Assembly (NCBI RefSeq): GCF_009914755.1
Contig: NC_060926.1
Source: the human T2T-CHM13v2.0 reference genome, Homo sapiens
Length of the DNA stretch: 64,000 nt
Direction: 5' to 3' (one strand)
Shown: positions 45,176-58,670 of the stretch, one piece after another
How positions within the stretch are numbered: position 1 is the stretch's first letter
Layout: each line of letters opens with the position of its first letter
Translations under genes and position numbers: made by a program
Notes under the pieces: model-generated
Databases searched by the model: none
Told to the model about the DNA's origin: nothing
The model's input: only the letters and a program-made list of their open reading frames with translations

Positions 45176-46484
45176 CTTATTAGTAAAACGTGGATAATAC
45201 TAGAGTCTATCATGTGAAATTTTTTTAAAATTTAACAATGTGTATAACACATGGAAATTATTCAACCAATATTTTCTAGTATTATTTTCATTAAACTATG
45301 TCTTTTGTGTTGAGGTTTATGTTGAGAATGTGGTGGCAAAAATATGCTCTTAGAGTGCATATCCTGCAAAAATGGAAAGGAATGAAAATAAGACGATTGA
45401 AGAGACTATCTGACAGAATTCAGAAAGTCATCAAAGAATCTGAGCCTGACTGGAGTATGGTTAGAATAAAGATTTTGCTGTAAGATCTGCATATTTTTGA
45501 ATGTATCATTTGGAGAAGAAGAATACTAGGTGGACATGTATTGTTTTATTAGATGAAAATAGAATGTGACTTTCAGTTAGAGAAAATGGTAAGTAGAAAG
45601 TATAAAATCAGCTGGATATTAAGAAGTTAAACAACTACCAGAAATTATCTATTATTATGGGTAGGATGATGCTATTTAGTTACTTGGGATTATCCTACTT
45701 ATTCAAACATCTCTAATACTAAAAAAAAAATAGATAAGAGTGAGTAAATCAACTTTTGTGCTCTCCACAGTAAAGGAGTCATGGAGGCTGCATTTCAGCA
45801 TGAGGACATGGTAAAATAACATAACAGCAAAAACACTTCAGACCTGTGTTTTAGAAGCAGTGAGAACCTGGTGTTAGGAGCCCTGACAAGGGATCTCTTC
45901 GCATGTCCTAGGTTCACAGGGCTCCCATCAGTCAAACCTTGTCAGTCGTCTGCCTTCAATGGTAGTGCAGGGAGACTGGTGTTTTACTGCCATGCATTAT
46001 TCATCTCAACATAAAGGATAAACTCAGCTTTGTTAACCACTGCTGGAGGGCCCTCAGAGTCAGAGGAGAATATGCGGTTTTGGAATTGTGTTTTGTCATG
46101 GGAATGGAAAAAGCAGAGCAGCCATAAGCATTTACCGCTATAATCCAGTTAGTAAAATATGTGTAATCAAAAGTTACTTCTTATGGTATCAGAAAAAAAT
46201 CTAGAGAAGACCAGAGCAGACACAATTAGTTTTACTTTATTCTGTGCAAGCCTTACTTAAATGAATTCTATTTCTGGACAAAGAATATTCAGTTGAGCAG
46301 CCTAGAAAGTAGATAAGGAAAAGATATAAAGAATGCTGAACTATGTTAAAAAATCTAAAAGCATCCTGTTTGGAATTTCAGCCTTTGACAGGCAGTGAAT
46401 TAAACAGTAAGATAGTTAACACATGCAGAATTTATTAAATAAGTTTATATAGTGAAAATGACTGGGATTATCAGCGACCACCTC

Positions 46485-46770
46485 TATCTTGGTCCTTTTG
46501 GGCTGCTATAACAAAATACCATAGACTGGGTGGCTTATAAACAACAGAAATTTCATAGACAACGGCCTTTTCTCTGTAATATCACGAGGTGGAAGGGGCA
46601 AGGGATGTCTCTGGAGCCTCTTTTATAAAGGCACTAATCCCATTCATAAGAGTCCCACCTTCACGACATAATTACTTCCCAGTGCCCAAACATTTTTTAA
46701 TGCCATGCCCTTGGAGTTTAGGATTTCAACATATAAATTCTGGGGGAACAAAAATGTTCAGACCATAGCA
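46485..46770 (-). mobile_element. MLT1A-like solo LTR with internal deletion
   Basis: GGGCTGCTATAACAAAATACCATAGACTGGGTGGCTTATAAACAACAGAAATTT...GGCACTAATCCCATTCAT...TTCAGACCATAGCA. Confidence 0.85.
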
Positions 46771-47847
46771 GCCTGTAAGCACACATGATGGGGAGGTGGG
46801 GTGAAAGAGAGAGGAAATAAACAAGGGACATTAATTCTTTAACTGTAATAATTTAACTCTCAGTTAAAGCTGTAATATAAACCGACATTTACCGAAATGT
46901 TTAAAGTGTTAGTTCAATAACTAACCTTTCTTTGTTTGTAAGTAAAATATATTTGAATATACTATGTGCTGTTAAAGTTTATACATTTTTATTATAAAAG
47001 TAATATATGCTCATTGAAAGAAACTTAGAAATTGAATGAGCAACAGGGAGAGAAGACATCACCCAAACATAACTACTACTCATATTATTTTTACGTATAC
47101 TCTTAGCTTTTCCTCTATATTAATGTATAACTTTATATTGTTTTGAGCATAACCTTTTATAATGTTATAAAAACAATAAAAACCAAACAAAATGAGTTTT
47201 GTGTATGTTTTGTGAGGTTTTTAAAAACCGTAATGAATGTCATTTTCCATGTCATTTTTCCCTTTTTTTCTTAAATTAAACTGCTTTTATTTTACATTTT
47301 AAAATTTATATAAATTTTATGGAGGATGTGTGAAATTTCATTATGTGGATATACTTACAGCATAGTAATCAAGTCAGGGTATTTAAGGCATCCATCACCC
47401 AAGTACAATAACTTTTTGTTTACTATAGTCACCCTACTCTGCTATCAAATATTGAATATATTTATTCTAACTGTATGTTTTTACCCTTTAACCTAATTCT
47501 TTTTATCCTTCCCCCACTCACCCTTTCTAGTATCTTATTCACTTTTCCACTTTCTGCATGTGATGAAATTTTTTCTCTCTCACATATGTGTCGGAACATG
47601 TAATATTTGTCTTTTTGTGCCTGGCTTATTCACTTAGGAGAGTGACTTCCAGTTCCATGCATTTTACTGAAAATGACACATTTTTTATGGATCAATAATA
47701 TACCATTGTGTATATATACCACATTTAAAAAAATCTATTCATTTGTTTGTAGACACTTAGGTTGATGCCATATCTTTGCTATTGTGGATAGTGCTGTGAT
47801 AAACATGTGAGTGCAGGTATCCCTTTGATATATTGACTTTGCCAACA

Positions 47848-50082
47848 GTATTAGTCTTCTTTCACGCTGCTGATAAAGACATACCTGAGACTGGGAAATT
47901 TACAAACGAAAGAGGTTTAATTGGACTTACAGTTCCATGTGGCTGGGGAAGCTTCACAATCATGGTGGAAGGCAAGGAGGAGCAAGTCACATCTTACATG
48001 GATGGCAGCAGGCAAAGAGAGAGAGCTTGTGCAGGAGAACTTTCATTTTTAAAGTCACCAGATCTTGTGAAACTTATTTAATATCATGAGAACAGCACAA
48101 TAAAGACTTGCCTGCATGATTAAATTACCTCCCGCTGAGTCCCTCCCAAAACGCGTGGTAATTCAAGATAAGATTTGGGTGGGAGCACAGCCAAACCATA
48201 TCATTCCACCCCTGGCTTCTCCCAAATCTCACATCCTGACATTTCAAAACCAATCATGCCTTACCAACAATCCCCCAGAGTCTTAATTCATTTCAGCATT
48301 AACTCAAAAGTCCATAGTCCAAAGTCTCCTCAGAGACAAGGCAAATCTCTATGAGCTTGTAAAAAGAAAAGCAGGTTAGTTAGTGGGGTACAAACATAGG
48401 GTGAATCCAGCCATTCCAAATAGGAGGAATTGGCCAAAACAAATGGGCTACAGGCCCCATGCAAGTCCAAAATCCAGGGGGGCAGTGAAATCTTAAAACT
48501 CCAAAATGATCTCCTTAAACTCCATGTCTCATATCCAGGTGATGCTGATGCAAGAGGTAGTTTCCCATGGTCTTAGACAGCTCCACCCCTCTGGCTTTGC
48601 ATGGTGTAACCTCCCTCTCAACTGCTTTCATGGGCTGGCATTGAGTGTCTGTAGCTTTTCCAGGTGTGCAGTGCAAGCTGTCAGTGGATCTGTCATTCTG
48701 GAGTCTGGAAGATTGTGATCCTCTTCTCATAGCTCCATTAGGCAGTGCCCCAGTGGGGACTCTCCACAATTCTCTTCTGCACTGCCCTAGCAGAGGTTCT
48801 CTATGAGGGCCCTACCCTTGAGGCAAACTTCTGCCTGGACATCCAAGCATTTCTGTACATCTTCTGAAATCTAGGCAGAGGTTCCCAAACCTCAATTCTT
48901 GACTTCTGTGCACTGGCAGATTCAATACCATGTGGAAGCTGCCAAGGCTTGGGGCTTGCAACCCATGAAACCACTGCCTGAGCTCTCTGTTGGCCCCTTT
49001 CAGCCATGGCTGCAGTGGCTACAACACAGGGCACCAAGTCCCTAGGCTACACACAGCACAGGAACATTGAGTCTGGCCCATGAAACAAATTTTTCCTTCT
49101 AGGTCTTTGGGCCTGTGATGGGAGGAGCTGTTGTGAAGACCTCTGACATGCGCTAAAGACATTTTCCTCATTGTCTTAAGGGATTAACATTTGGCTTCTC
49201 ATTACTTATGCAAATTTCTGCATCCAGTTTGAATTTCTCCTCAGAAAATGGGATTTTCTTTTCTATCACATTGTCAGGCTGTAAATTTTCTGAACTTTTA
49301 TTCTCTTATTCCCTTATAAAACTGAATGCTTTTCACAGTACCTAAGTCGTATCTTGAATGCTTTTCTGCTGGGAAATTTCTTCCACCAGACACCCTAAAT
49401 CATCTCAAGTGAAAGTTCCACAAATCTCTTGGGTACAGGCAAAATGCCGCCAGTCTCTTTGCTAAAACATGCAAGAAGTCACCTTTGCTCCAGTTCCCAA
49501 CAAGTTCCTTATCTCCATCTGAGACCACCTCAGCCTGGATTTCATTGTCCATATCATTATCAGCACTTTGGTCAAAGCCATTCAACAAGTCTCTAGGGAG
49601 TCCAAACTTTTCTACATTTTTCTGTCTTATTCTGAGCCCTCCAAATTGTTCCAACCTCTGCCTGTTACCCAGTTCCAAAGTTGTTTCCACATTTTCAGGT
49701 GTCTTTTCAGCAGTGCCCCACTTTACTGGTACCAATTTACTGTGTTGGTTTGTTTCCATGCTGCTGATGAAGACATACCCGAGACTTGGAAATTTACAAA
49801 AGAAATAGTTTTATTTGGACTTACAGTTTCACATGGGTGGGGAAACCTCACAATCATGGTGGAAGGCAAGTCACGTCTTACATTAATGGCAACAGGCAAA
49901 GAGAGAGCTTGTGCAGGGGAACTCTTTTTAAAACCCTCAGATATCATGAGACTTATTCACTATCATGAGAACAGCATGGGAAAGACTTGCCCCCATGATT
50001 CAATTACCTCCCACCAGGTCCCTCCCACAATATGTGAGAATTCAAGATGAGATTTGGGTGGTGACACAGCCAAACCATATCA
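47848..50082 (-). mobile_element. Complete THE1A-like MaLR provirus (LTR 47848-48203, internal 48204-49740, LTR 49741-50082)
   Basis: Both LTRs end CACAGCCAAACCATATCA and share GCTGCTGAT.AAGACATACC.GAGACT and GGCAAAGAGAGAGCTTGTGCAGG; ~1.5-kb THE1-int lies between; AGTAT occurs at both junctions. Confidence 0.93.
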
Positions 50083-52394
50083 AGTATATAAGAGTTACTT
50101 TTCTCTCTGCATTCTCACCAACATCTGTTATATTTTGTCTTTTTAGTAATAGCCATTGTGACTGGGGTAAGATTATTATTTTGGATTCAATTTTAATTTC
50201 TCTGATGATTAGTGATGTTCAGCATATTTTCATATAGTTATTGGCCATTTGTATATCTTCTTCTGAGAAATGTCTGTTATTTGCCTACATTTTTAATGAC
50301 ATTATTTATTTTCCTGTTGAGTTGTTTATTGTTACAAACTTCCATCTTAACACTGCCTTTGCTATATACCATAAGTTTTGGTATGTGGTATTTCCATTTT
50401 CACTTGTTTCAATAATTTTTTTGATTTCCATCTTAATTCTTTTGTTGGTCCACTTGTAATTCAGGAGCAGGTTGTTTAATTTCTATGTATTCATGTAGTT
50501 TTTAAAGTCCTTCTTGGTATTGATTATTAGTGTTGTTCCATTGTGGTCTGAGAAGATACTTGATATAATTTTAATGTTAAAATATATGTTGAGACTAGTT
50601 TTGTGTACTAATATATGTTCTATCATGGAGAATATTCCATGTGATGTTGAAAAGAATATATATTCTGCTATTGTTGAATAGGATGTTTTATAAATGACTG
50701 TTAGGTCTATTTGGTTAAATGTACTGTTTAAATCCAATGCTTCTTTGTTGACTTCCTGGCTAGATAATTTGTCTAATGCTTGAAGTGGGATGTTAAAGTC
50801 TATCTCTCTATATCTATTAATATTGACTTTATGAATATGGGTGCTACAGTGTTGGGTACATGTATATTTAAAATTGTTATATTATCTTGTTGGATTGTTC
50901 CATTTATCATTATATAATAACCTTCTTAGTCTTTTTTTTAAACTGTTTTTAACTTAAAGTAAAGTCTGTTTTATTTGATACAACTATAGCTATACCTGCT
51001 TGATTTTGTTTTTGCTTGCATGGAGTATCCATTTCCATCCCTTCACTTTCACTAGTAAGGTTAGTTTCTTGTAAGCAGCAAACAGTTGCATTATTTTTTA
51101 TCATCCATTTAGCTATTGTATATCTTTTAAGTGGAAAATGTAATCTTATTACATTAAAGTTATTATTGATAAATGAGGCTTTATCCCTGTCATATTATTA
51201 ATTAATTAGTGGTTGTTTGATATATTTTTTGTTCTTTCTCTTTCTTTTATTGTCATTGGTTTGGTGGATTTCTTTAGTGGTACCATTTAAGCCCTTTCTC
51301 ATCCTTATTTGCATGATTGCCTTACTAATAAGTTTTTTTTATTTTTTAAACATTACTTTTAATTTAATTGACTTTTTAAAAACTTTTAAGTTCAGGGTTA
51401 CAATTACAGGTTTATTATATAGGTAAATTGCATGTCATGCCAGCTGGAAGTTTTATACTTTCATGTTTTCATGATGGTAAGTGTTATTCTTTTACTTCCA
51501 GGCTTAGGACTCCTTTGAGCATTTCTTGTAAGGCCAGTCTAGTAGTAACTAATTTACTTAGCATTTTCTTGTCTGAGAAAGACTTTATTTCTCTTTCATT
51601 TATGAAGGATAATTTTACTGGATATACTATTCTTACTGGGCAGTTTTTATTGTCTTTCAACACTTTGACTATATAAACCCACTTTGTTCTAGTCTGTAAG
51701 GTTTCTGCTGAGAAAACTCCTGTTTAGTTTCTAGCCTGTAAGTTTTCTGCTAAGAAAACTTCTGTCTTAGTCTGATGGGATTTTTCTTATAGGTGACTAG
51801 ACACTTTTGTCTTGTGATTTGTATGATTCAATCCTTATCTTTGATTTTAGACAGTCCAACTATTATGTGCAGTGAGTAAGATCCTTTTGCATCATATCTG
51901 CTTGGAGATCACTGACCTCCTGTATCTGGATGTTTAAATCTCTTGCTAGATTTGGGGAACTTTCATCTATTATTTTGTTAAAGAGATTTTCTAATTCTTT
52001 TGTTCTCTCTTTACACTTGGAGATACCAATAACTCAAATATTCAGTCACTACACATTGTCCCAAAGATCATGAAGGCTTTGCTAATTCTCTTTTATTCTT
52101 TTCCTTTACTTTTACCTGATTGCATTATTTCAACAGACACATCTTCAAGTTTTGAGATTTATTCTTCTGCTTGATCTAGCCTATTGTTGAGAGTTTCAAA
52201 TGTATTTTGTATTTCTTTTAATGAATTTTTCCTTTCTAGAATTTTTGTGTGGTCCTTTAAAAAAATCAATCACTGGTAAATGTTTTATTTAAGTCCTGAA
52301 TGAAACATTCTGAATCTGAAGTTTTCAGATTTCTTTGTATTGTTTTTCAGAATTCTCTTGTATTTCAATTAACTTCTTTAAAATCAATTTTTAG

Positions 52395-52548
52395 AGAGCA
52401 TTAGGCCAAATACCTAATGCATTTGGGGCTTAAAACCCAGATGATGGGTTGATAGGTGCAGCAAACCACCATGGCACATTTATACCTATGTAGTAAACCT
52501 GCACATTCAACACATGGATCCCTGAAATTAAAGTAAAATAAAAAAAAT
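52395..52548 (+). mobile_element. L1PA8-like 3' tail inserted in the L1MA
   Basis: AAATACCTAATGCATTTGGGGCTTAAAACCCAGATGATGGGTTGATAGGTGCAGCAAACCACCATGG followed by an A tail. Confidence 0.85.
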
Positions 52549-54977
52549 ATTTTGAATTCTTTATCTGGTATTTCAAGAATTTGTTTTCAATTAAAATCTA
52601 TCGTTAGTACTATTATGTTCCTTTGGAGGTGTCATATTTACTTGCTTTTTTATGTTTCCTGTGTCTTTGAGTTGATATTTGTACATCTGGTATAACAGTT
52701 ACTTCTTCCTTTTTACTTCTTATTTTTAACTTACTTTCATAGGAAAGGACTTTTTCCTGAAAATATATCTGTGCTGTTAGTTGGGTAGGGCACTTTGGCT
52801 TTGATTTTGAGTGCACACAATAGTGTTGTCTCTATATGAATTCTTTGGCTGTTAATGACATTAGTGGTATTTGTGATTTCCTTAGTGGGTTAGCGTGCAG
52901 TTATTAGTGGTAGCTGTCTTGAAGTCATGCTGGGCACTGGGATACCAGGTGGAGCAGTCATCAGGTCTCTGTGGTGGTAGTGGTGAGCTAAACATGTCCA
53001 TCCTTGGATCCCTGGGCAGTATGCCTTGGCTCTGGGGTTGGCAGTTACCATCAGGTAACTTCCTGGGCCTCCAGGAGGCTTGCTTGAATGCCAGTGATAG
53101 CAGCAGTAGACTATACAACTGAATGGGTTCTCAGGCTCCTTGGCAGCTGGTGTGGCTTGGGCAATGATAGTAGTAGTGGAAGGACAATTCTCTAGGACCT
53201 AAATAGTGTAATTTATTCATGTGGGTGGCTGCAATGGGCTGGGAATGCCATTCTGCATGCCTGCAGGTGGTGCCAACAAATAGGTGCCAGCTGAGTTGGT
53301 AGTAGTCAGGAATTTAGGCCCAACCTCAGGCCCCCAGCATGAGTTCTCAGGTGCTTATTATAGTGGACTGGATTGGGCAATCCCCAGGGCCCTGGTCTAT
53401 GTGTTCTCTTTTTGTGGGAAGGGCAAAGCTGGCCTAGGTGGTCTTGTGCTCAGGGACCCTCATGGTGAGAGCAGACACTACCTGTGGTGGGTGTGGGTGG
53501 AGTGATCCTCAGGCCCAAGGCAGAATGGTTAGGTAAAGGGCAGTAGCAGCAGTGCTGATGCCCTGCCACTGACAGGGTGGAGCCAGCCTCAGTGGCCACA
53601 GCCTGGGCAAGTGGGTGGGGAACATGTGTCCTCTGACACCCCAGTGTCAGTGGGTATAACTTTTCAGCCCTGGTAGTGGTAACCTGCACCTATCTCGTGC
53701 CTTAGCCCCAGCTACAAGAGTCCTTGTCCAGCTCACAAATAATTCCCAGAGTCAAGATATGCTCTGCTCATTTCCCAGTCTCAGGGCTGGCAGTGCTTGC
53801 TTCCCAGCCCTGGCAGATAAAGTGCACACTTTACTTGCTTCTCAGGCATGGCTGCGGTAGCCTATTCCTAGCTTGTGACCCAGTCTCAGCAGTGACAACC
53901 CGAGGTTCCCTTATCCTTCAGTCCTGACTGGGGCCCAAGACTGTATAGTGTCTGTTAAAGGCTAGGTTTAAAAATAGAACCTTGCTGTAGCCACTTAGGT
54001 CTCAGAGAGGGTGTGGGACCCTGCATGAGCTCCCCGCTGGACTAGTTCTGTCTCACAGTCTTCCAGCAGCTCCTGTGTTCATTTCAGGACTTGGGATGGT
54101 CGAGGGGCCCTCTCGTGGCCAGGATTGGATGGCAATGTGGGCTGCTGGAAGTCTCATGCTTACCCTTTCCCTGTGTTGGGAAGTCATTCTCGGCTCCCAG
54201 CCAATCCTGGCTAAGTAGGCTACTTCTCTTCCTTCTCCTTTCTTGCATTTGGTGTTTTCTGTCACTTTTCTGTTGCATACCAGTGTTCTCTTGGATGATG
54301 TATTTGAAGTGTGATTGTCTGTATACCATTTTGGTTCTTCTCAATGGAGGAGGCAAGCATGAAATGCTAGTCAGCCATCTTGAAGTTCCTTAAATATTCT
54401 TTTTCAATATTTTAAATAGCTTGGTAGTTTACTATTTAAGATGAACATTCTTATGCCTATATCTTTCTGCATATCCATGATTGTCTTTTTAGAATAAATT
54501 TTAGAAATTAAAAAATTAAACAGTTTTAAAATTTTGATGTCTTTAGTGCATATTATAAAACTTTCCAGAAAGGTAATTCTACTTTGTGTTATGCAAAAAG
54601 TGTTTGAGTGTATTTTCTTGCACTTCCCTTCCACCATCACCAAGAAACTTAATTGCTCTGTTTTTATTCTAATATTTATTATTCTATTGTAGTTTAATTC
54701 ATATGACATTCCTCATCAATAAAACTGAATATTATATAAATTTATTGATTATAATTTTTTTAGAAAACATTTTCTATTCCAGATCTTTGGCCATTTTTGA
54801 TGTTTTATTTCAATTTTTAAAAATTTTCAAGTAAATTTATATAGTACTGAATTTAATTCATCATATATGTTGCAAATAATCCTCTAGGCTATAGTTTGCC
54901 TTTAATTTTTTAAAGGATTTTATTAGTATAAGTTTTTGATGTGGTCAAATTGACCAATTTTTTTCTCCATGCCTTTC

Positions 54978-56095
54978 ATTTTTTTTTTTAATTATTATAC
55001 TTTAAGTTTTGAGGTACATGTGCAGAACATGCAGTTTTGTTACATAGGTATACACATGCCATGGTGGTTTGCTGCACCCAACAACTCGTAATCTATATTA
55101 GGTATTTCTCCTAATGCTATCCCTCCCCTAGCCCCCACTACCTGACAGGCCCTGTCGTGTGATGTTCGCCTCCCTGTGTCCATGTGTTCTCATTGTTCAA
55201 CTCCCACTTATAAGTGAGAACATGTGATGTTTGGTTTTCTGTTCTTGTGTTAGTTAGCTGAGAATGATGGTTTCCAGCTTCATCCATGTCCCTGCAAAGG
55301 ACACGAACTCATCCCTTTTCATGGCTGCATAATATTCAATGGTGTATGTGTGCCACATTTTCTTTATCAGTCTATCATTGATGGGCATTTGTGTTGGTTC
55401 CAAGTCTTTGCTATTGTGAATAGCGCTGCAATCAAAATACATGTGCATGCATCTTTATAGTAGAATAATTTATAATCCTTTGGGTATATACCCAGTAATG
55501 GGATTGCTGGGTCAAATGGTATTTCTGGTTCTAGATCCTTGAGGAATCACCACACTGTCTTCCACAATGGTTGAACTAATTTACACTCCCAGCAACAGTG
55601 TAAAAGCGTTCCTATTTCTCCACATCCTCTCCAGCATCTGTTGTTTCCTGAGTTTTTAATGATCGCCATTCTAACTGGTGTGAGATGGTATCTCATTGTG
55701 GTTTTGATTTGCATTTCTCTAGTGACCAGTGATGATGGCTTTTTTTCATATGTTTGTTGGCCACATAAATGTCTCCTTTTGAGAAGTGTCTGTTCGTATC
55801 CTTTGCCCACTTTTTGATGGGGTTGTTTTTTTTCTTGTAAATTTGCTTAAGTTCCTTGTAGATTCTGGATATTAGCCCTTTGTCAGATGGATAGATTGCA
55901 AAAAATTTCTTCTATTCTGTAGGGTGCCTGTTCACTCTGATGATAGTATCCTTTGCTGTGCAGAAGCTCTTTAGTTTAATTAGGTCTCATTTGTCAATTT
56001 TGGCTTTTGTTGCCATTGCTTTTGGTGTTTTAGTCATGAAGTGTTTGCCCATGCCTATGTCCTGAATGGTAATGCCTGGGAAAACCTAGGCAATA
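54978..56095 (-). mobile_element. L1PA7-like 1.1-kb 3' fragment with a 16-nt inverted 5' tip
   Basis: T tract, then TTATACTTTAAGTTTTGAGGTACATGTGCAGAAC; ends CCTGAATGGTAATGCCTGG followed by sense GAAAACCTAGGCAATA; probable TSD TTCTC(C/T)AT(G/A)CCTTTC at 54963-54977 and 56099-56113. Confidence 0.9.
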
Positions 56096-56116
56096 TCCTT
56101 CTCTATACCTTTCTAA

Positions 56117-56434
<318 letters not shown>

Positions 56435-56789
56435 AAATATTTACCTATTTTATACTACATAGTTTACTTTATTTTTTACATTAAAATATTTAATCCAGAT
56501 TTTATTATTTTGTGATTTGTGGATTGAGGCAATGAACATCAATGGTTGGTTAATTATTCACCTTTCCCATACTGATTGAAAAATATCATTTTTATCACTT
56601 AATATAAATGTCTGTTCATCTTTGAATTTTCCATCCTGTTCCGTGGATCTGGTTATTCTTCCTCTGGCAGTATCACACTATTTAATTTAGGTCAGGTTTT
56701 TATTATAATACATTTTGGAAGCTGAAGGTAATAATCCTTGTAATTATTCCCCCTTCTCTTTTGTTTTGTTTTCTTTTATTTATTTATTA

Positions 56790-56791
<2 letters not shown>

Positions 56792-56824
<33 letters not shown>

Positions 56825-56833
56825 ATGTGTGTG
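56792..56833. repeat. (TG)n microsatellite
   Basis: Seen directly in the sequence. Confidence 0.95.
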
Positions 56834-57135
56834 CTGTACTAGTAAGTAAAATGCTGGATATTGACTTAATGTAGATATCCTTTATCATCTCAATAAGTAT
56901 GTTTCTATTGACAGTGTACAGAAGCTTTTATTTTCTTTTTTACAGGATGTTAACGTTTATTGACTTTTTGGGAACTATGTAGTTATGTATTTGTTTCCCC
57001 TTAACCATTTATTTATAAATCTGATATATTTATAGATTTCCAATTGTTAAACTGAAGAGTATTTTTGGCTATTCTCTTTTGGTTATGTTCTCATAATCTA
57101 CTGTAGATTTTCAAACCTTTATTAACTGAGTCAGG

Positions 57136-57137
<2 letters not shown>

Positions 57138-57178
<41 letters not shown>
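57138..57178. repeat. (TG)n microsatellite
   Basis: About 20 uninterrupted units. Confidence 0.95.
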
Positions 57179-57179
<1 letters not shown>

Positions 57180-57859
57180 TATTCATCTTGACTTCCTATC
57201 ATATTTAGGGTTACTCTAAAACATGAGTTGGGGCCTTTCAGTATTGTTTTATGCAGTTTAATACTGGAACTATCTGTTTTTCAAGGTCGGAGGGAAATTT
57301 TTCCTTCACAACTGCTTTCTAAACTGTCTTCTACTGACACATTTTTGGACAACTTTTTCAATTCCTTCCATAGTTATTCATCATTCCCTGTTTCAAATCA
57401 ATAAATATGTCAGTTATAATAATTTGCATTTTTTCTATTAGACATAAATTCTATTTTTACAATTTCATTATGGAAGTTGGATGTCAATTTTTATTTTGTG
57501 GTTTATGTTTAAATTATTTCAGTGTAATTGCAATGAGAAAATATGGCTTCCTTTTCAAAATTCAAATAAAGATATAATTCAGTCTGGATAAGCATTAGCT
57601 GAAATAAGAAACTGGGACTAGTGTTTTTCTCTGCTACTTACTTATTTCAATGCTTATGGTTTGCTTTACTAAAATATACTTGTTCGGTAGGGTAGAAATT
57701 CCTCCTTCTATAGTTATGGAAGTCATGGAGGTTTTAATAGCACTTTCATAGTCACACCAATTTCAATGTTTTCCAACAGAATAGTCTAGCCTTGTCCTCT
57801 TTGAGCTAATGATTGCACAACAGCCAGAATAAGCAACTTCAAACAGAAAGGGGAACATC

Positions 57860-58670
57860 TAATTCTCCTTCTCACTATTTAAGTCTTCCCATTGCACTTA
57901 GGGTAATGTACAGGATTCTTGCTTTGCAGAAGGTTCTGCGTAATCCAACTCCAGCCTACATCATTCTTGGCTTTCTGTGGTCTCATGATCTCACCATGCT
58001 CTGGACACACAGATTTCCCCTTATGTTCCTTTACACCAGACACTCCTGCCTGCTCTACAGCCTTGGCCCATTCTCTTCCTCTGCGTGGAACACTCTTGCC
58101 TCCCTGCAGCACTTAGCAGCGTCCTGCCATCCTTTGGTTCTCAGCTTCAAAAGGCCACTACCTCAGTGAGCCCTCCCAGCACCCTCTTAGCCCCTCTGAA
58201 TTAGATCTCCATGTTGTACTCTCTGATAAGCCCCTGGTTAATCTCATGAACTCTGGGGGAAGGATGGATTTAAATTCTGGATCTACTATTCATTAGCTTT
58301 GTGATTCTGGGCAAGTTATTTAAACTTTCTGTATTTCAGTTTCCCTATTTATAAAATAGAAATAAAAATACCTACTTCCCGTGATGATTAGGAATTTCTA
58401 CTCTATCAAACAAGAGTCTAAATGACTACACACACACAGATGAAGATCGTAAAACAGTGCTTGGCACATGTAAATACTTGCTGTTTTAGACTTCATTATT
58501 ATTTCTTTTATATTATATAACTTAGTTTACATAACTATGCATTTGTAGAAATGCTTGTTTCATGTCTATTTTACCTCACTAGACTGTAAGCCTTGGGAGA
58601 GTAGGGTCTGGGCTTATTCATCCATATACCAGTTCCTGACAAAAGGATGTAGATATATATCTTGAATAAA
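57860..58670 (+). mobile_element. L2 3' fragments with an embedded MIR (~58260-58500)
   Basis: L2: CTTCCCATTGCACTTAGG, CCTCTGCGTGGAACACTCT, CACTAGACTGTAAGC..TTGAATAAATGA. MIR: TGTGATTCTGGGCAAGTTATTTAAACTTTCTGTATTTCAGTTTCC. Confidence 0.7.

Larger units (their letters stand above)
47290..54390 (-). mobile_element. L1MA-class element: 3' end 47290-47847, resuming 50083-54390 through ORF2 start, ORF1 and 5' UTR
   Basis: Antisense L1MA 3' UTR; endonuclease peptide in ORF 50483-50737 (..STSHGIFSMIEHILVHKTSL); GC-richer 5' UTR ending GCTAGTCAGCCATCTTG (sense CAAGATGGCTGACTAG). Confidence 0.85.

Noticed and set aside
52880-54390. GC-richer region as a gene promoter or CpG island with several short ORFs
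   Set aside because: CpG-depleted and contiguous with L1 ORF1; it is the L1M 5' UTR.
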